The notes under the pieces: generated by a model | Databases searched by the model: none | Told to the model about the DNA's origin: nothing | Seen by the model: only the letters and a program-made list of their open reading frames with translations | Part shown: piece after piece, positions 30,182 to 40,026 of the stretch | How the letters are laid out: each line of letters opens with the position of its first letter | Numbering within the stretch: the stretch's first letter is position 1 | Assembly: GCA_965215015.1 (NCBI GenBank) | Contig: OZ244042.1 | Coordinates: 640,001 to 704,000, forward strand | Length of the DNA stretch: 64,000 nt | Source of the DNA: Candidatus Poribacteria bacterium | Lineage (GTDB): Bacteria; Poribacteria; WGA-4E; PCPOR2b | Direction: 5' to 3' | Program-made: the position numbers and the translations under genes

Positions 30182-31744
30182 CTACTTCGGTTCAAGGATA
30201 GCACAAGGTAAGATCATCTCCTCCATTGAGATGCCACCGTGCTGGAATCCTCCGTTAAATTGGTGTTTATAGTCGTTAGACTGATTTGGGTAAACGAAGT
30301 AATAGTCCTCTTTGGCAAGGACATAATTTTTTTCGTAAGCCATATCGGGCAGCATGTACTGTTCAGGTTGGGTAATTCTCAATCCTACTGCTTCATCACA
30401 TATAAGCTCACCACCGACCTTGAATCGAAGTCCATTCGTTGCAGGTCTGTCTCCTGAAACCTTCGCTGCATGCTGACACAAGATTGAACCGTGATCCGCT
30501 GTTAGAATGACCGTAACGCCTCGATCTGCCAGCAACTTCAAGATTTTATACAAGCCCGAATGCTGGAACCAACCTTGCACAAATGTGCGGAACGCAGTTT
30601 CGTCAGGAATAAGTTGTTTGAGCAAGGCAATCTCAGAGCGTTTATGCGTCAGATGGTCAATACAGCCAACAACCACTGCTGCTAAACTGATGCGTTTGAC
30701 ACTGCTAATCCATTGTAGATACTCCATTTCCCCACGCGCATCAAAGATCTTAAAATAGTGTGGAGCGGGTTTGAGATGGATGCCGTGCCTATCTAGTTGC
30801 AATCGCATCAAATCCTTTTCATAACGATTGACACTAGTGTTCTCACCATCAGTTTCTACCCATAAATCGGGATAGCGCTGGGCAAACTCTAGCGGAAATA
30901 GACCGCTGAAGATCGAGTTCCGTGAATAATTTGTTGCTGTCGGCAAGATTGAGTAGTGATAGTGTGTGATAATCTGAAAGTATGGGTCTAGGAGGGGCTT
31001 GATTTTTAGCCAGTGATCCAGCCGCATACAGTCCATTACGATAAAGAATACTTGCTTACCAACCTGTATCTCCGGAATGACATGCTTGTAAAACAAATCT
31101 ACCGATAGAACAGGAGAATCCTCACCAACCAACCAATCAGAATAGTTGTCTTCGATATAACGAGCAAACAGGGCGTTACATTCCTGTTTCTCCAGTCTGT
31201 GTGTTTCACGCAAGTTATCGGCGATGTCAAGTTCATCTAGGCGCAAATCCCACTCGGCAATCTGGGTGTAAATATCAATCCATGTTCTCCAATCAAGCTC
31301 CTGCTGTTTTAATACACTTCGCTTATTAAAGTCAATCACATACTCTTGAGCGGTATAATCTTCTTGGACGGCATCATATTCCAAGAGGAACGCCAATTGT
31401 GAGGCAATCTGTTGTGGATTCAACGGTTTCATTAAAAAGTCATCAACGTGATGGATAATTGCCTCATTCATAATCTCCCGTTGCTCGCTTTCGGTTACCA
31501 TAACCACCGGTAAATGGGGGCATTTCCTCTTGATTGCGGAAAGCAGACGAATCCCATCCATATCGGGCATGATATGGTTAATCAGGACCGCGTCATAAGT
31601 TTTTTCCTGTAGCAGAGATAACCCCTCATCACCCCGCATCGCAGGCGTAATCTGATAGCCCTTTTGTTTCAAAAATAAAATATGTGTCTCTAAACTGTCA
31701 ATCACATCATCAATCCACAAAATCCTCCTTGTTTGTGCTCCCAT
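30182..31744 (-). CDS. PorX-like response regulator with receiver and PglZ/alkaline-phosphatase domains
   Basis: ILWIDD receiver, then MDCMRLD, SILPTATNYSRNSIFSG, DHLTH, TADHG and FQHGGISMEEM. Confidence 0.88.
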   Translation of the reverse strand: MGAQTRRILWIDDVIDSLETHILFLKQKGYQITPAMRGDEGLSLLQEKTYDAVLINHIMPDMDGIRLLSAIKRKCPHLPVVMVTESEQREIMNEAIIHHVDDFLMKPLNPQQIASQLAFLLEYDAVQEDYTAQEYVIDFNKRSVLKQQELDWRTWIDIYTQIAEWDLRLDELDIADNLRETHRLEKQECNALFARYIEDNYSDWLVGEDSPVLSVDLFYKHVIPEIQVGKQVFFIVMDCMRLDHWLKIKPLLDPYFQIITHYHYSILPTATNYSRNSIFSGLFPLEFAQRYPDLWVETDGENTSVNRYEKDLMRLQLDRHGIHLKPAPHYFKIFDARGEMEYLQWISSVKRISLAAVVVGCIDHLTHKRSEIALLKQLIPDETAFRTFVQGWFQHSGLYKILKLLADRGVTVILTADHGSILCQHAAKVSGDRPATNGLRFKVGGELICDEAVGLRITQPEQYMLPDMAYEKNYVLAKEDYYFVYPNQSNDYKHQFNGGFQHGGISMEEMILPCAILEPK

Positions 31745-32318
31745 TGCATATCACCTCCCCCTCCCTATATTGTTGCAAGGTTGCGGCTTGCAACTCCGCA
31801 CGGTATCTCAAACCGGCGGACTCTGACTCTTGCAGAGCTTTCAAAAGATTAGTATTTAACTCGTCAAAAGTTGCCCAACGCGCGGCAGCGATCTCTTTAG
31901 TATCAACAGGTTGTAAGCATCCACCTATCGCCTGAGCGGCAAACACATGAGAGGTCCAGAGCACCGTTTTGTCCTTAAAAGAAAAGTGGACATACACTTT
32001 GAGGAGGTATCTCTGGAGTTGAATCTCTAAGCCTGTTTCTTCATAGGCTTCGCGTCGCGCGCCTATTTCAAAATCCTCCCCCCGTTCAACGCCACCGCTG
32101 GGTGGACGATAGACCTCGAGAGGATAGCTCGGTTTTCGGATAACGGCAATCTTATCACCCTTGGAAATGAATACAGTTACGTCGTGTGCACGTCCGTGTC
32201 GCATACTCCACTTGAGTAGGTCAAACCCCTGTTGATTCATCATGTAGGCGGTGCGAAGAATCCGCGGCACGCCGTACTTCTCTTCAAGTCGATTCAGAAC
32301 TTCTTGGGTGATATACAT
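31710..32318 (-). CDS. NUDIX hydrolase
   Basis: Canonical Nudix box GGVERGEDFEIGARREAYEETGL. Start placed at ATG 32318 because the upstream ATG 32339 lies inside a repeat. Confidence 0.85.
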   Translation of the reverse strand: MYITQEVLNRLEEKYGVPRILRTAYMMNQQGFDLLKWSMRHGRAHDVTVFISKGDKIAVIRKPSYPLEVYRPPSGGVERGEDFEIGARREAYEETGLEIQLQRYLLKVYVHFSFKDKTVLWTSHVFAAQAIGGCLQPVDTKEIAAARWATFDELNTNLLKALQESESAGLRYRAELQAATLQQYREGEVICNGSTNKEDFVD

Positions 32319-32319
32319 T

Positions 32320-32472
32320 GCGTGAAACGTGAAAACCATTCGTTCATTGGTGTAGTCGGGCTAGGAAGCCCAACCTACGGGGTTCCTAGAAAAAGAAAGT
32401 GCCAAAATGCGAAGAGAAACTGGTTTTTTGGCAAAAGCTCGGTTTCTATTGCACGATTTCTTAACATGAGCC
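32320..32472 (-). repeat. Partial inverted second copy of the 19225 MITE family
   Basis: First 21 nt are identical to 19225-19245. A 63-nt block (32320-32382) aligns without gaps to 19332-19394. Confidence 0.85.
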
Positions 32473-32477
32473 CGATA

Positions 32478-33809
32478 CTAAATTCCGCCAACGAAACGCC
32501 CCACATTCAATAAACCGATTGGATCCAGCTTGGTTTTGATTGCTTCCATCAACTCAAAGCTACGACCGACTGGGCCCCAGACATCAATTTGACGTTTGAG
32601 TGCAGTTGGTGCAGACTCAACAATCAGATTCCCGCTAACACTCGCGGCAGTGTCGCGCAAGTTTGCGATTGTGTCGGCGACATGCTGCACCGGAACATCA
32701 CTATCGGGGAAATCTGAGAAGATCACATAGACAACGCCATTTCCCATTAATCCCATCGCCTGCACTTGCCAAGAGGTTAATTCATTCGCTTCAAAGGTAG
32801 TATTAACGAAGCTTCCAATGTCGGTTATGCGAAGGTTGGCTCGACTGATGACGGTAGAAGCAGCTGATTTGTCCTCTGGGAAAGCACAAATCGATGTGCG
32901 AAGCACCTGCTGCTGTTGTCCTTCATACACTTCCACACCAATAGCCCCGTTTTGTTGCGCTATTGTTTTGATAGAATCAATTTGCCATTCAACGGTTTCG
33001 GGCGGCCCGTCCAGTCCAATCATGAGGCAAGGTTCAGGGCTCCCGGTGAGTGATGCACTATTAACAAACAGATTGAGGAAGGTTGGCAGAAGCTGAGAAC
33101 CTGATATTTCTGATCCCATATTTACCGCCTCCCCAATTTCCATAAAGGTTAATAAGACAGTACGTTCAATTTCTGGTAACGGTTGCAGCTTGAGCGAGAC
33201 TTCCGTGATGACCCCCAATGTGCCGAACGATCCGAGGTACAGCTTGTTAAGATCATATCCGGCTACGTTTTTGACAACTTTGCCGCCGCTCTTAACAACG
33301 GCTCCGCTCGATTGGACAACGCGCATCCCAAGCACACGATCTCGGGCACCGCCGTATCGAAGTCGCGAAGGACCGCTGGCATTTGTTGCGGTTATTCCAC
33401 CGATTGTGCATCGGTCAGCGTAGGGCGGATCGAGTGGCAGGTATTGCCCATGTTGAGCCAACCTCGCTTGGAGCGCGGCGAACTGAATCCCTGCTTCTAC
33501 TGTCACCGTTAGGTCGGCGGGTTCATATCCTAATACTTGGTCCAACCTTGACGTTGACAGGACGAGATCAACCTGCTCTGGGGGATTGCCGATCCCTAGC
33601 TTTGTCCCGCTCCCCGCAGGGATAACCGATAGCCCGCTATCCGTGGCATAGCCCAACACCTCTTGAATTTCGTGAGTTGACGCAGGCAGAACGACGGCTT
33701 GGGGACCAATACCGTCAATTGCATAACGGCTCAGTTGATCGTCAGAAAGTACCCCCGTTTCGCCAACAATTTGAACCAAATCTTTGTGCAACTGATTTGA
33801 GCTAGACAT
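32478..33809 (-). CDS. glcE: GlcE-like FAD-binding oxidoreductase
   Basis: YEPADLTVTVEAG, GGKVVKNVAGYDL.KL.LGSFGTLG and C-terminal DP...LN.GR motifs. Confidence 0.85.
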   Translation of the reverse strand: MSSSNQLHKDLVQIVGETGVLSDDQLSRYAIDGIGPQAVVLPASTHEIQEVLGYATDSGLSVIPAGSGTKLGIGNPPEQVDLVLSTSRLDQVLGYEPADLTVTVEAGIQFAALQARLAQHGQYLPLDPPYADRCTIGGITATNASGPSRLRYGGARDRVLGMRVVQSSGAVVKSGGKVVKNVAGYDLNKLYLGSFGTLGVITEVSLKLQPLPEIERTVLLTFMEIGEAVNMGSEISGSQLLPTFLNLFVNSASLTGSPEPCLMIGLDGPPETVEWQIDSIKTIAQQNGAIGVEVYEGQQQQVLRTSICAFPEDKSAASTVISRANLRITDIGSFVNTTFEANELTSWQVQAMGLMGNGVVYVIFSDFPDSDVPVQHVADTIANLRDTAASVSGNLIVESAPTALKRQIDVWGPVGRSFELMEAIKTKLDPIGLLNVGRFVGGI

Positions 33810-33818
33810 ATCAATAAG

Positions 33819-34517
33819 TTACTCAACCCCGAAGCTATCGAATTTGATAATTGCGGGCCTGCTGTCTCCGTGTTGAGATTTTCCGTACACGCCCACCACC
33901 CCCGGTCTTAGGGATCGTTCGTGAAAGCGTCCGATATTCTCGCCGTTGATCGAAAGTGTCACATTTTGACCCACTTGGCGGACGGAAAGCTTGATCGGGG
34001 CATCCTTTTGAAAGGAGATTTCGCGTGTACGAATATCCGGCGCACGCATGCTCCTTCCACCGACATGCCCTTCGACTCCAACATTACATCGTTTACCGAA
34101 GGGGTCTGCCCCCGCCGGACGGTACACATAAAATAGAATCTGTGAGCTTTTACCTCGGACAGCGAAAGCGATACCAACGGATTCACCGACATTAGGCGGA
34201 ATCACTTCGGCGGTTACGGTGTACTCCTTCATTGTTGAACTTTCGGCGGAGGATAACAGGATTGTATCCTCCTGTCCGGCTTGTAAATGTAGCATTCCTC
34301 CTTCGATTTTATGGGGTGCTTCGACCATAAATAGGGATCCATCTGATTGATCGAAGGTGTCCATCTTTGGGGTCTCGGCGGGTGTAGCTTCCGCTTCGGT
34401 TGACTCAGCCATCGCGGGTTGGGCTGCTTCCGGGGTACTGGCTGGAGGAGCACACCCAATTTCGATTGCTACAATTGTAACCAGGACCAGTTGTAAGGCT
34501 TGGTTCCAGTGTTTCAT
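33819..34517 (-). CDS. Hypothetical lipoprotein
   Basis: Signal peptide ending IEIGC, an Ala/Glu/Pro linker, then a beta-rich domain. Confidence 0.6.
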   Translation of the reverse strand: MKHWNQALQLVLVTIVAIEIGCAPPASTPEAAQPAMAESTEAEATPAETPKMDTFDQSDGSLFMVEAPHKIEGGMLHLQAGQEDTILLSSAESSTMKEYTVTAEVIPPNVGESVGIAFAVRGKSSQILFYVYRPAGADPFGKRCNVGVEGHVGGRSMRAPDIRTREISFQKDAPIKLSVRQVGQNVTLSINGENIGRFHERSLRPGVVGVYGKSQHGDSRPAIIKFDSFGVE

Positions 34518-34543
34518 GAGACACTCCTCTCTGATGTAGATGG

Positions 34544-35953
34544 TTATAACCCAAGTTTCGCGTATGATTCGGCGGTTGGGAATATTTTACCGGGGTTACA
34601 CAATCCTGACGGGTTGAAGATCTCTTTAACGGTTACCATCACCGCCAAGTCTTCAGGACTGAAAATCAACGGCATATAATCCATCTTTTCAACCCCGATG
34701 CCGTGTTCGCCTGTGATTGTCCCACCGGCTTCGGCACACGCGCTGAGAATCTCCATATTCACCGCTTCAACTCGCTCACACTGGTCCGCGTCGCGTTCAT
34801 CAAACAGGACGATCGGGTGAATATTTCCGTCGCCTGCGTGAAACACATTAGCGATTGGAATGTCGTACTTTTCAGAAATTTCTGCGACTCTTCTGAGGAC
34901 TTTGGGTAGCTGCGTGCGAGGCACCACCCCATCCTGTGTGATATAGTTGGGTGCAAGGCGCCCAAACGACCCGAAGGCACTTTTACGCGATTTCCAAATC
35001 TGCTGTCGGTCCTCCTCATCTTTGGCATAGCGAGTCTCGCGGCAGTTGTTCTCATTGAAGATTTCAGTTATCTGCTCTGCTTGCTGCTGCATTCCAGCCT
35101 TTATGCCGTCCAATTCGACGATGAGGACAGCACCGGCATCAAGCGGGAATCCCCAGTGGAATGCCTCTTCAACCGCTTTGATAACAAAGTGGTCCATCAT
35201 CTCCAGCGCAGCGGGAATGATACCTTTCGCGATAATACTAGAAACAACGTTAGACGCATCGTCAATCGTCTCAAATACACCGAGCAGGGTTTGGTACCCT
35301 TCCGGCTTGCGTAAGAGCCGGACGACCGCCTTTGTCACGATGCCGAAGGTCCCTTCTGAACCGATTATAACACCCCGAATGTCGTAGCCGGGTGTTTCTT
35401 CAACGGCACCGCCGAACTCGACAATCTCGCCATCAGTCAACACCACTTCTAAGCCAAGAACGTGGTTTGAGGTAACGCCATATTTGAGTGTGTGGGGACC
35501 GCCGGAGTTTTCAGCGATGTTTCCGCCGATGCTACAAGCCTGCTGACTAGAGGGGTCCGGTGCGTAGTAGTACCCATCATCTTGAACGGCTTGTGTCAAC
35601 CAAAGGTTTACAACACCCGGTTCTACTACCGCTTGTTGGTTCGCTGTATCGATCTCAAGGATACGATTCATTCGGTTCAGCGCAATAATGATGCCGCCGT
35701 TGACAGGCAACATGCCGCCACTCAAGCCGGTTCCTGCTCCCCGCGCAATGAAGGGCACGTTATGCTTGTTTGCCACCTTGACTATCGCTGAAACCTCCTG
35801 TGCGGTTGTCGGAAAAACGACAACATCGGGGAGTGCTTTGAACACGGTTGCCCCGTCGCATTCATAAACGGAAAGCGAGGTGGGATCGGTGATTACATGC
35901 TCCGATCCAACAATATTTGACAGTTCGGAAATGAGTGGGTCATTTTCTTTCAT
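34544..35953 (-). CDS. glcD: Glycolate oxidase subunit GlcD (FAD-linked oxidase)
   Basis: RGAGTGLSGG, APDPSSQ, GGPHTLKYG, HAGDGNIHP and GEHGIG motifs. Confidence 0.9.
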   Translation of the reverse strand: MKENDPLISELSNIVGSEHVITDPTSLSVYECDGATVFKALPDVVVFPTTAQEVSAIVKVANKHNVPFIARGAGTGLSGGMLPVNGGIIIALNRMNRILEIDTANQQAVVEPGVVNLWLTQAVQDDGYYYAPDPSSQQACSIGGNIAENSGGPHTLKYGVTSNHVLGLEVVLTDGEIVEFGGAVEETPGYDIRGVIIGSEGTFGIVTKAVVRLLRKPEGYQTLLGVFETIDDASNVVSSIIAKGIIPAALEMMDHFVIKAVEEAFHWGFPLDAGAVLIVELDGIKAGMQQQAEQITEIFNENNCRETRYAKDEEDRQQIWKSRKSAFGSFGRLAPNYITQDGVVPRTQLPKVLRRVAEISEKYDIPIANVFHAGDGNIHPIVLFDERDADQCERVEAVNMEILSACAEAGGTITGEHGIGVEKMDYMPLIFSPEDLAVMVTVKEIFNPSGLCNPGKIFPTAESYAKLGL

Positions 35954-36004
35954 TGGAGAGATCTCCTAGAGTGAAAGGTGCAGCGTAAATAGTCAGGATT
36001 CATT

Positions 36005-36058
36005 ATGGGTTCATTAGTTCATCGATATATTGGATCACTAATGAGCTAATGACCCCAT
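36005..36058. repeat. Imperfect intergenic palindrome built of about 8-nt units
   Basis: ATGGGTTCATTAGTTCAT (36005-36022) versus ATGAGCTAATGACCCCAT (36041-36058). Confidence 0.6.
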
Positions 36059-36088
36059 GAACTCAATAGCCTCAACTCACACCAAGGA

Positions 36089-37045
36089 TTAAATAATCTT
36101 CAACTCGTCATCTGAATCTTGGTCATCGAGCTCTTCCACAAGTTGATTAGCTATATGATGGAACGCTTGGGATTGCGGTAAATCGGGATGAGATGCGACA
36201 ATGGGCACGCCAAGGTCGCCGGCGGTACAAACTTCGGCGTCAAGGGGAATCTCTCCTAAGAACCGGGTTCCTAGTTTTTCACTAATTTTGACTCCGCCAT
36301 CCCTTCGGAAGATGTCTGTTCTTTCCCCACAGTGAGGACACGCAAAATAGCTCATGTTTTCGACGACGCCCAGAATTGGCACACCCAACTTATCAAACAT
36401 GGCGGCACCGCGTCGGACATCAGCGAGCGCAACATCCTGCGGCGTCGTCACAATTATACCGCCTGTCAAGGGAATCGACTGCGTTAAAGAGAGGGCGACA
36501 TCCCCTGTACCGGGTGGCAGATCGATGATGAGATAATCGAGCTCGCCCCAAATTACATCGCCCAGAAATTGACGAACTGCACTGTGTAACATGGGCCCCC
36601 GCCAAATCAATGCCTGCTCATCAGGGACGAGGAAGCCGATGGACATCAGCTTGATGCCGTGCCGGACAATTGGGATGAGTTTCTTCTCTGGACTGGTCTG
36701 TGGCTGCTCTTTCGCCCCCATCATGGTGGGGATGCTGGGCCCGTAGGCGTCCGCGTCCATCAGCCCGACTTGCGCCCCGTTTCGCGCTAAAGCGATTGCG
36801 AGATTGGTCGCAACTGTTGATTTACCGACACCGCCTTTTCCACTCGCCACAGCAATTTTAGACTTAACGTTTGGGATGAGGATATTTTGCGGTTGTCCTT
36901 GGTGGGGCATTCCTGTTTGTGGGGTGGTGGGTCTGCCAGCCGGCACAGCATCTGCCATTTTGAGTTCTGGATGGCTCGTCATGCGCGGTCTGGCTGCCTC
37001 TGGATTTTTTGGTTCTATTTTCTTGTCTTTTTTGAACAAGTTCAT
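36089..37045 (-). CDS. mrp: Mrp/NBP35 Fe-S carrier ATPase
   Basis: ASGKGGVGKST, DADAYGPS, WRGPM, DLPPGTGD and ENMS..CPHC motifs. Confidence 0.92.
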   Translation of the reverse strand: MNLFKKDKKIEPKNPEAARPRMTSHPELKMADAVPAGRPTTPQTGMPHQGQPQNILIPNVKSKIAVASGKGGVGKSTVATNLAIALARNGAQVGLMDADAYGPSIPTMMGAKEQPQTSPEKKLIPIVRHGIKLMSIGFLVPDEQALIWRGPMLHSAVRQFLGDVIWGELDYLIIDLPPGTGDVALSLTQSIPLTGGIIVTTPQDVALADVRRGAAMFDKLGVPILGVVENMSYFACPHCGERTDIFRRDGGVKISEKLGTRFLGEIPLDAEVCTAGDLGVPIVASHPDLPQSQAFHHIANQLVEELDDQDSDDELKII

Positions 37046-38262
37046 GATGGCTCTCCATTTTTTGATATTGCTGCGCTGTAGTTTCCACCCGGCACCATTT
37101 CGTAGAGAGGAGACAACTCACGCAACCGGGCGACCTGTGATGCGACACACTCAACAACCGTGGTAACCTCCTCTGTTGTATTGTAGCGTCCCAATCCAAA
37201 TCGGACAGCACCGAGGGCAAGTTCGTCTCTAACACCCATCGCACGTAAGACATAGGAGGGTTCAACAGAGTCGGAGTTGCAGGCGGATCCCGATGAAAGT
37301 GCTATCCCTTTTAAGCCCGACAGTATTGCCTGACTCTCGACAAACTCAAAGCTAAGGTTGAGATTGCCGGGAAGACGTTGTATCGGATGCCCGTTAAGGT
37401 GGACTCGATCGATTCGTTTGTCTAATCCGTAATAGAGCTGCGACCATAGGGCAAAGATTCGTGTCGTTTCTTCCTCCATCTCGTGCTTGCACAGCTCACA
37501 GGCTGCCCCGAAACCGGCGATGCCGGGGACATTGAGCGTCCCTGATCTGATGTTATTCTCCTGACCGCCGCCATGTAGCAGTGGATACAGTTGGATCGGT
37601 GGATTTTTCTTACGGACGTAGAGGGCACCGATTCCTTTGGGGCCGTACATCTTGTGGGCGGTGAATGACATCAGATCCACTTTCAGTTCGTTGACATCCG
37701 ATTCAATTTTGCCAATCCCTTGCGTCGCATCGGAATGGAAAAGTATACCATATTGCTCTGCGATTTCACCCACCGTTGTGATGGGGTTGATTGTTCCGAC
37801 TTCGCCATTGACATAAATGAGGCTAATCAGTACGGTCTGGTCTGTGATAGCATCTTCGACATGCTGCGGATAAACCAATCCATACTTGTCCACGGGGAGG
37901 TAGGTCACATCAAACCCCGATTCCTCTAATGCCTTGCATGAATCCAAAACCGCGTGGTGTTCGACAGCACTGGTGATGATGTGATTCCCCCGATCTCTAT
38001 ACTGATAGGCAACCCCCTTGACCGCGAGATTATCCGATTCCGTCGCGCCACTGGTGAATATAATCTCCTCTGCTGAACAACCGATCAGATCTGCGACCTG
38101 ACCACGCGCAGTGTCCACCGCATCCTTCGCACGTTCCCCGAATAGATGTGTGCTACTGGCAGCGTTCCCAAAATGGGTAGTCAGGTGCGGCATCATCGCT
38201 TTCAGTACCCGTGGATCGATGGGTGTGGTGGCGTGGCTATCCATGTAGATTAGTTCTTGCAT
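37042..38262 (-). CDS. iscS: IscS-type cysteine desulfurase
   Basis: FTSGATESDN, AHKMYGPKG, RSGTLNV and SSGSAC motifs. Confidence 0.93.
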   Translation of the reverse strand: MQELIYMDSHATTPIDPRVLKAMMPHLTTHFGNAASSTHLFGERAKDAVDTARGQVADLIGCSAEEIIFTSGATESDNLAVKGVAYQYRDRGNHIITSAVEHHAVLDSCKALEESGFDVTYLPVDKYGLVYPQHVEDAITDQTVLISLIYVNGEVGTINPITTVGEIAEQYGILFHSDATQGIGKIESDVNELKVDLMSFTAHKMYGPKGIGALYVRKKNPPIQLYPLLHGGGQENNIRSGTLNVPGIAGFGAACELCKHEMEEETTRIFALWSQLYYGLDKRIDRVHLNGHPIQRLPGNLNLSFEFVESQAILSGLKGIALSSGSACNSDSVEPSYVLRAMGVRDELALGAVRFGLGRYNTTEEVTTVVECVASQVARLRELSPLYEMVPGGNYSAAISKNGEPS

Positions 38263-38397
38263 TGCTGCTTACCTCCATTTCACTTATTCCGTACAACCTT
38301 CAAAATATAGTGGATTGTCATTCTCAAGTGTCAAAAAAATGTCCGTATCCAAAACCGTTTTAGGCGGCATCAATCCGTACTCCTTGTGCCAAAAAAA

Positions 38398-38595
38398 TTA
38401 CTCCAACTTAAGTGCAATCCGTTCAACTTCGTCAAAAATACCGTCGTAGACACAGACCGCGAGTTTCAGGGATTCCGGTTCTGTTTCATTATCAACGGTG
38501 ATACGGACGTGCGTTCCTTTGGCAATTTTGATTATATTGGATTGCACTGGTCGGAATGTGCCATTTTTATAGATAGCATCAATTAGGTGTTTCAT
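38398..38595 (-). CDS. DUF104/AF2212-like antitoxin-family protein, orphan
   Basis: IDAIYKNGTFRP...G..VRITV pattern; no toxin gene follows. Confidence 0.65.
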   Translation of the reverse strand: MKHLIDAIYKNGTFRPVQSNIIKIAKGTHVRITVDNETEPESLKLAVCVYDGIFDEVERIALKLE

Positions 38596-38606
38596 CTAAG
38601 TCACCT

Positions 38607-38885
38607 TCACTGCCTTATCAATCTGCCTCCATTTGACGCGCCGGTATCATGCGACAATGACGATAGGAGTTGTTCGCTTGCATATCCTAGTAAGTCCTCT
38701 ATCTCATACCATATAGAAGTGTTACTTGGTTCTGCACTCCCTCCGCATGATGATTGCTTTATATCTATGATTTTGATTCTAGGATTAGCTTTAAGCCAAG
38801 TATTAATCTCCCTTTCAAGATCTAATGCTGTTTTTGATATTCTACGAAAGTAACCACCTGATATTGCAAATATTTTAGTTTTCCT
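38607..38885 (-). pseudogene. Small ORF with apparently mutated start codon
   Basis: AAGGAGG followed 4 nt later by AGG in place of ATG, then an open frame to TGA 38607: KTKIFAISGG...LEREINTWLKANPRIKIIDIKQSS..IWYE. Confidence 0.45.
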
Positions 38886-39049
38886 GACGCCTCCTTTTCT
38901 TCTTCATTGTTTACAGGCCTAACGAAAAAGTTCAGTTGTGGCAGGGATTTATCCAAACACCTTCGACAAACCAAAACCCACCGCAATCCAAAAACATTGA
39001 TAAAATCACAAATCTCTGCCATCAACTGCAACGGTGGATTAGAATCTAA

Positions 39050-39994
39050 TCAGTTCCGCTTCTCAACTTGTTGTTTTGTATCAAAATCAAATTCTTCTTG
39101 TATTTCCCCTTGTTCCTCATCATATAATTTCCGAACTGATTCCTCAAATTTGTCAATTAAGGGGTCATGATGAATGAGAAACCACTTCTTATGGTTCTCA
39201 AGATATTCTTGTCTGACTTTTTTTATATTTAAATCTAAGGGAATGCGCTCCATTCGAGGGTCTATGCTATCAAACCCTGTGAATTCACCATTCAGGCGCT
39301 CTTTGATCATTTTAACGTATTCTGGATTTAATTCGATACCGATGCAACTTCTGTTTAATTGCTGGCACACCCTTAAAGTGGTGCCACTACCCGAGAACAG
39401 ATCTAAAACCATATCTCCTTCATCGGAGGAGGCGAGTACCATCCTTTCTATTAAACCTTCTGGTTTTTGAGTGGGATGATCTTGTCGATTTTCGTTGCAA
39501 TAATGGACATGAGAAAATTGCCACACATCTCCTGGGTTCGCCCCTCTCATGTTGTTGCGCTCGCGGTAGTATTTCTGAGGTACTCTTATATTGTCTAGGT
39601 TGAACTTAAACGTTTTGCCTTTGGTAAACATTAGAACGTCGTCATGCCTCGGAGAGAATCCCTTTGTTCTTCCTATTCCTTGTGTGTAGTGCCAGCAAAT
39701 CCAACTGTTGAAACACATTTGGAGCCCGCGGTCGAGTATATCGTACAAATAAGAGATGAATCGAAAACCCATAAACACATAAACAGTTCCCGTTGGCTTA
39801 AGAATTCTACGCGCTTCCGTTAGCCAGAGTGTTGAAAACTTGAGATACTCGTTGAAGTCCTTCAGGTCGTAGTTATTGCCGTATTCTTTGCCTAAGTTAT
39901 AGGGGGGGGCAGCAATAATAAGGTCTACCGATTCGCTAGAGATATGCGGGAGTTGTTCCAGAACGTCTCCCTCAATAATTTGCAGGTCACTCAT
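39050..39994 (-). CDS. Beta-class DNA methyltransferase, catalytic motif altered (APPY)
   Basis: DLIIAAPPYN where DPPY is expected, plus HPTQKPEGL and DLFSGSGTT. Start at ATG 39994. Confidence 0.85.
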   Translation of the reverse strand: MSDLQIIEGDVLEQLPHISSESVDLIIAAPPYNLGKEYGNNYDLKDFNEYLKFSTLWLTEARRILKPTGTVYVFMGFRFISYLYDILDRGLQMCFNSWICWHYTQGIGRTKGFSPRHDDVLMFTKGKTFKFNLDNIRVPQKYYRERNNMRGANPGDVWQFSHVHYCNENRQDHPTQKPEGLIERMVLASSDEGDMVLDLFSGSGTTLRVCQQLNRSCIGIELNPEYVKMIKERLNGEFTGFDSIDPRMERIPLDLNIKKVRQEYLENHKKWFLIHHDPLIDKFEESVRKLYDEEQGEIQEEFDFDTKQQVEKRN

Positions 39995-40026
39995 TCCTGT
40001 ATTCCCCATTGATAGAGATATCAAAT

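Noticed and set aside
30182-31744. BREX system because of the PglZ domain
   Set aside because: The receiver fusion and size match PorX, and no brxC, pglX or brxL genes are nearby.
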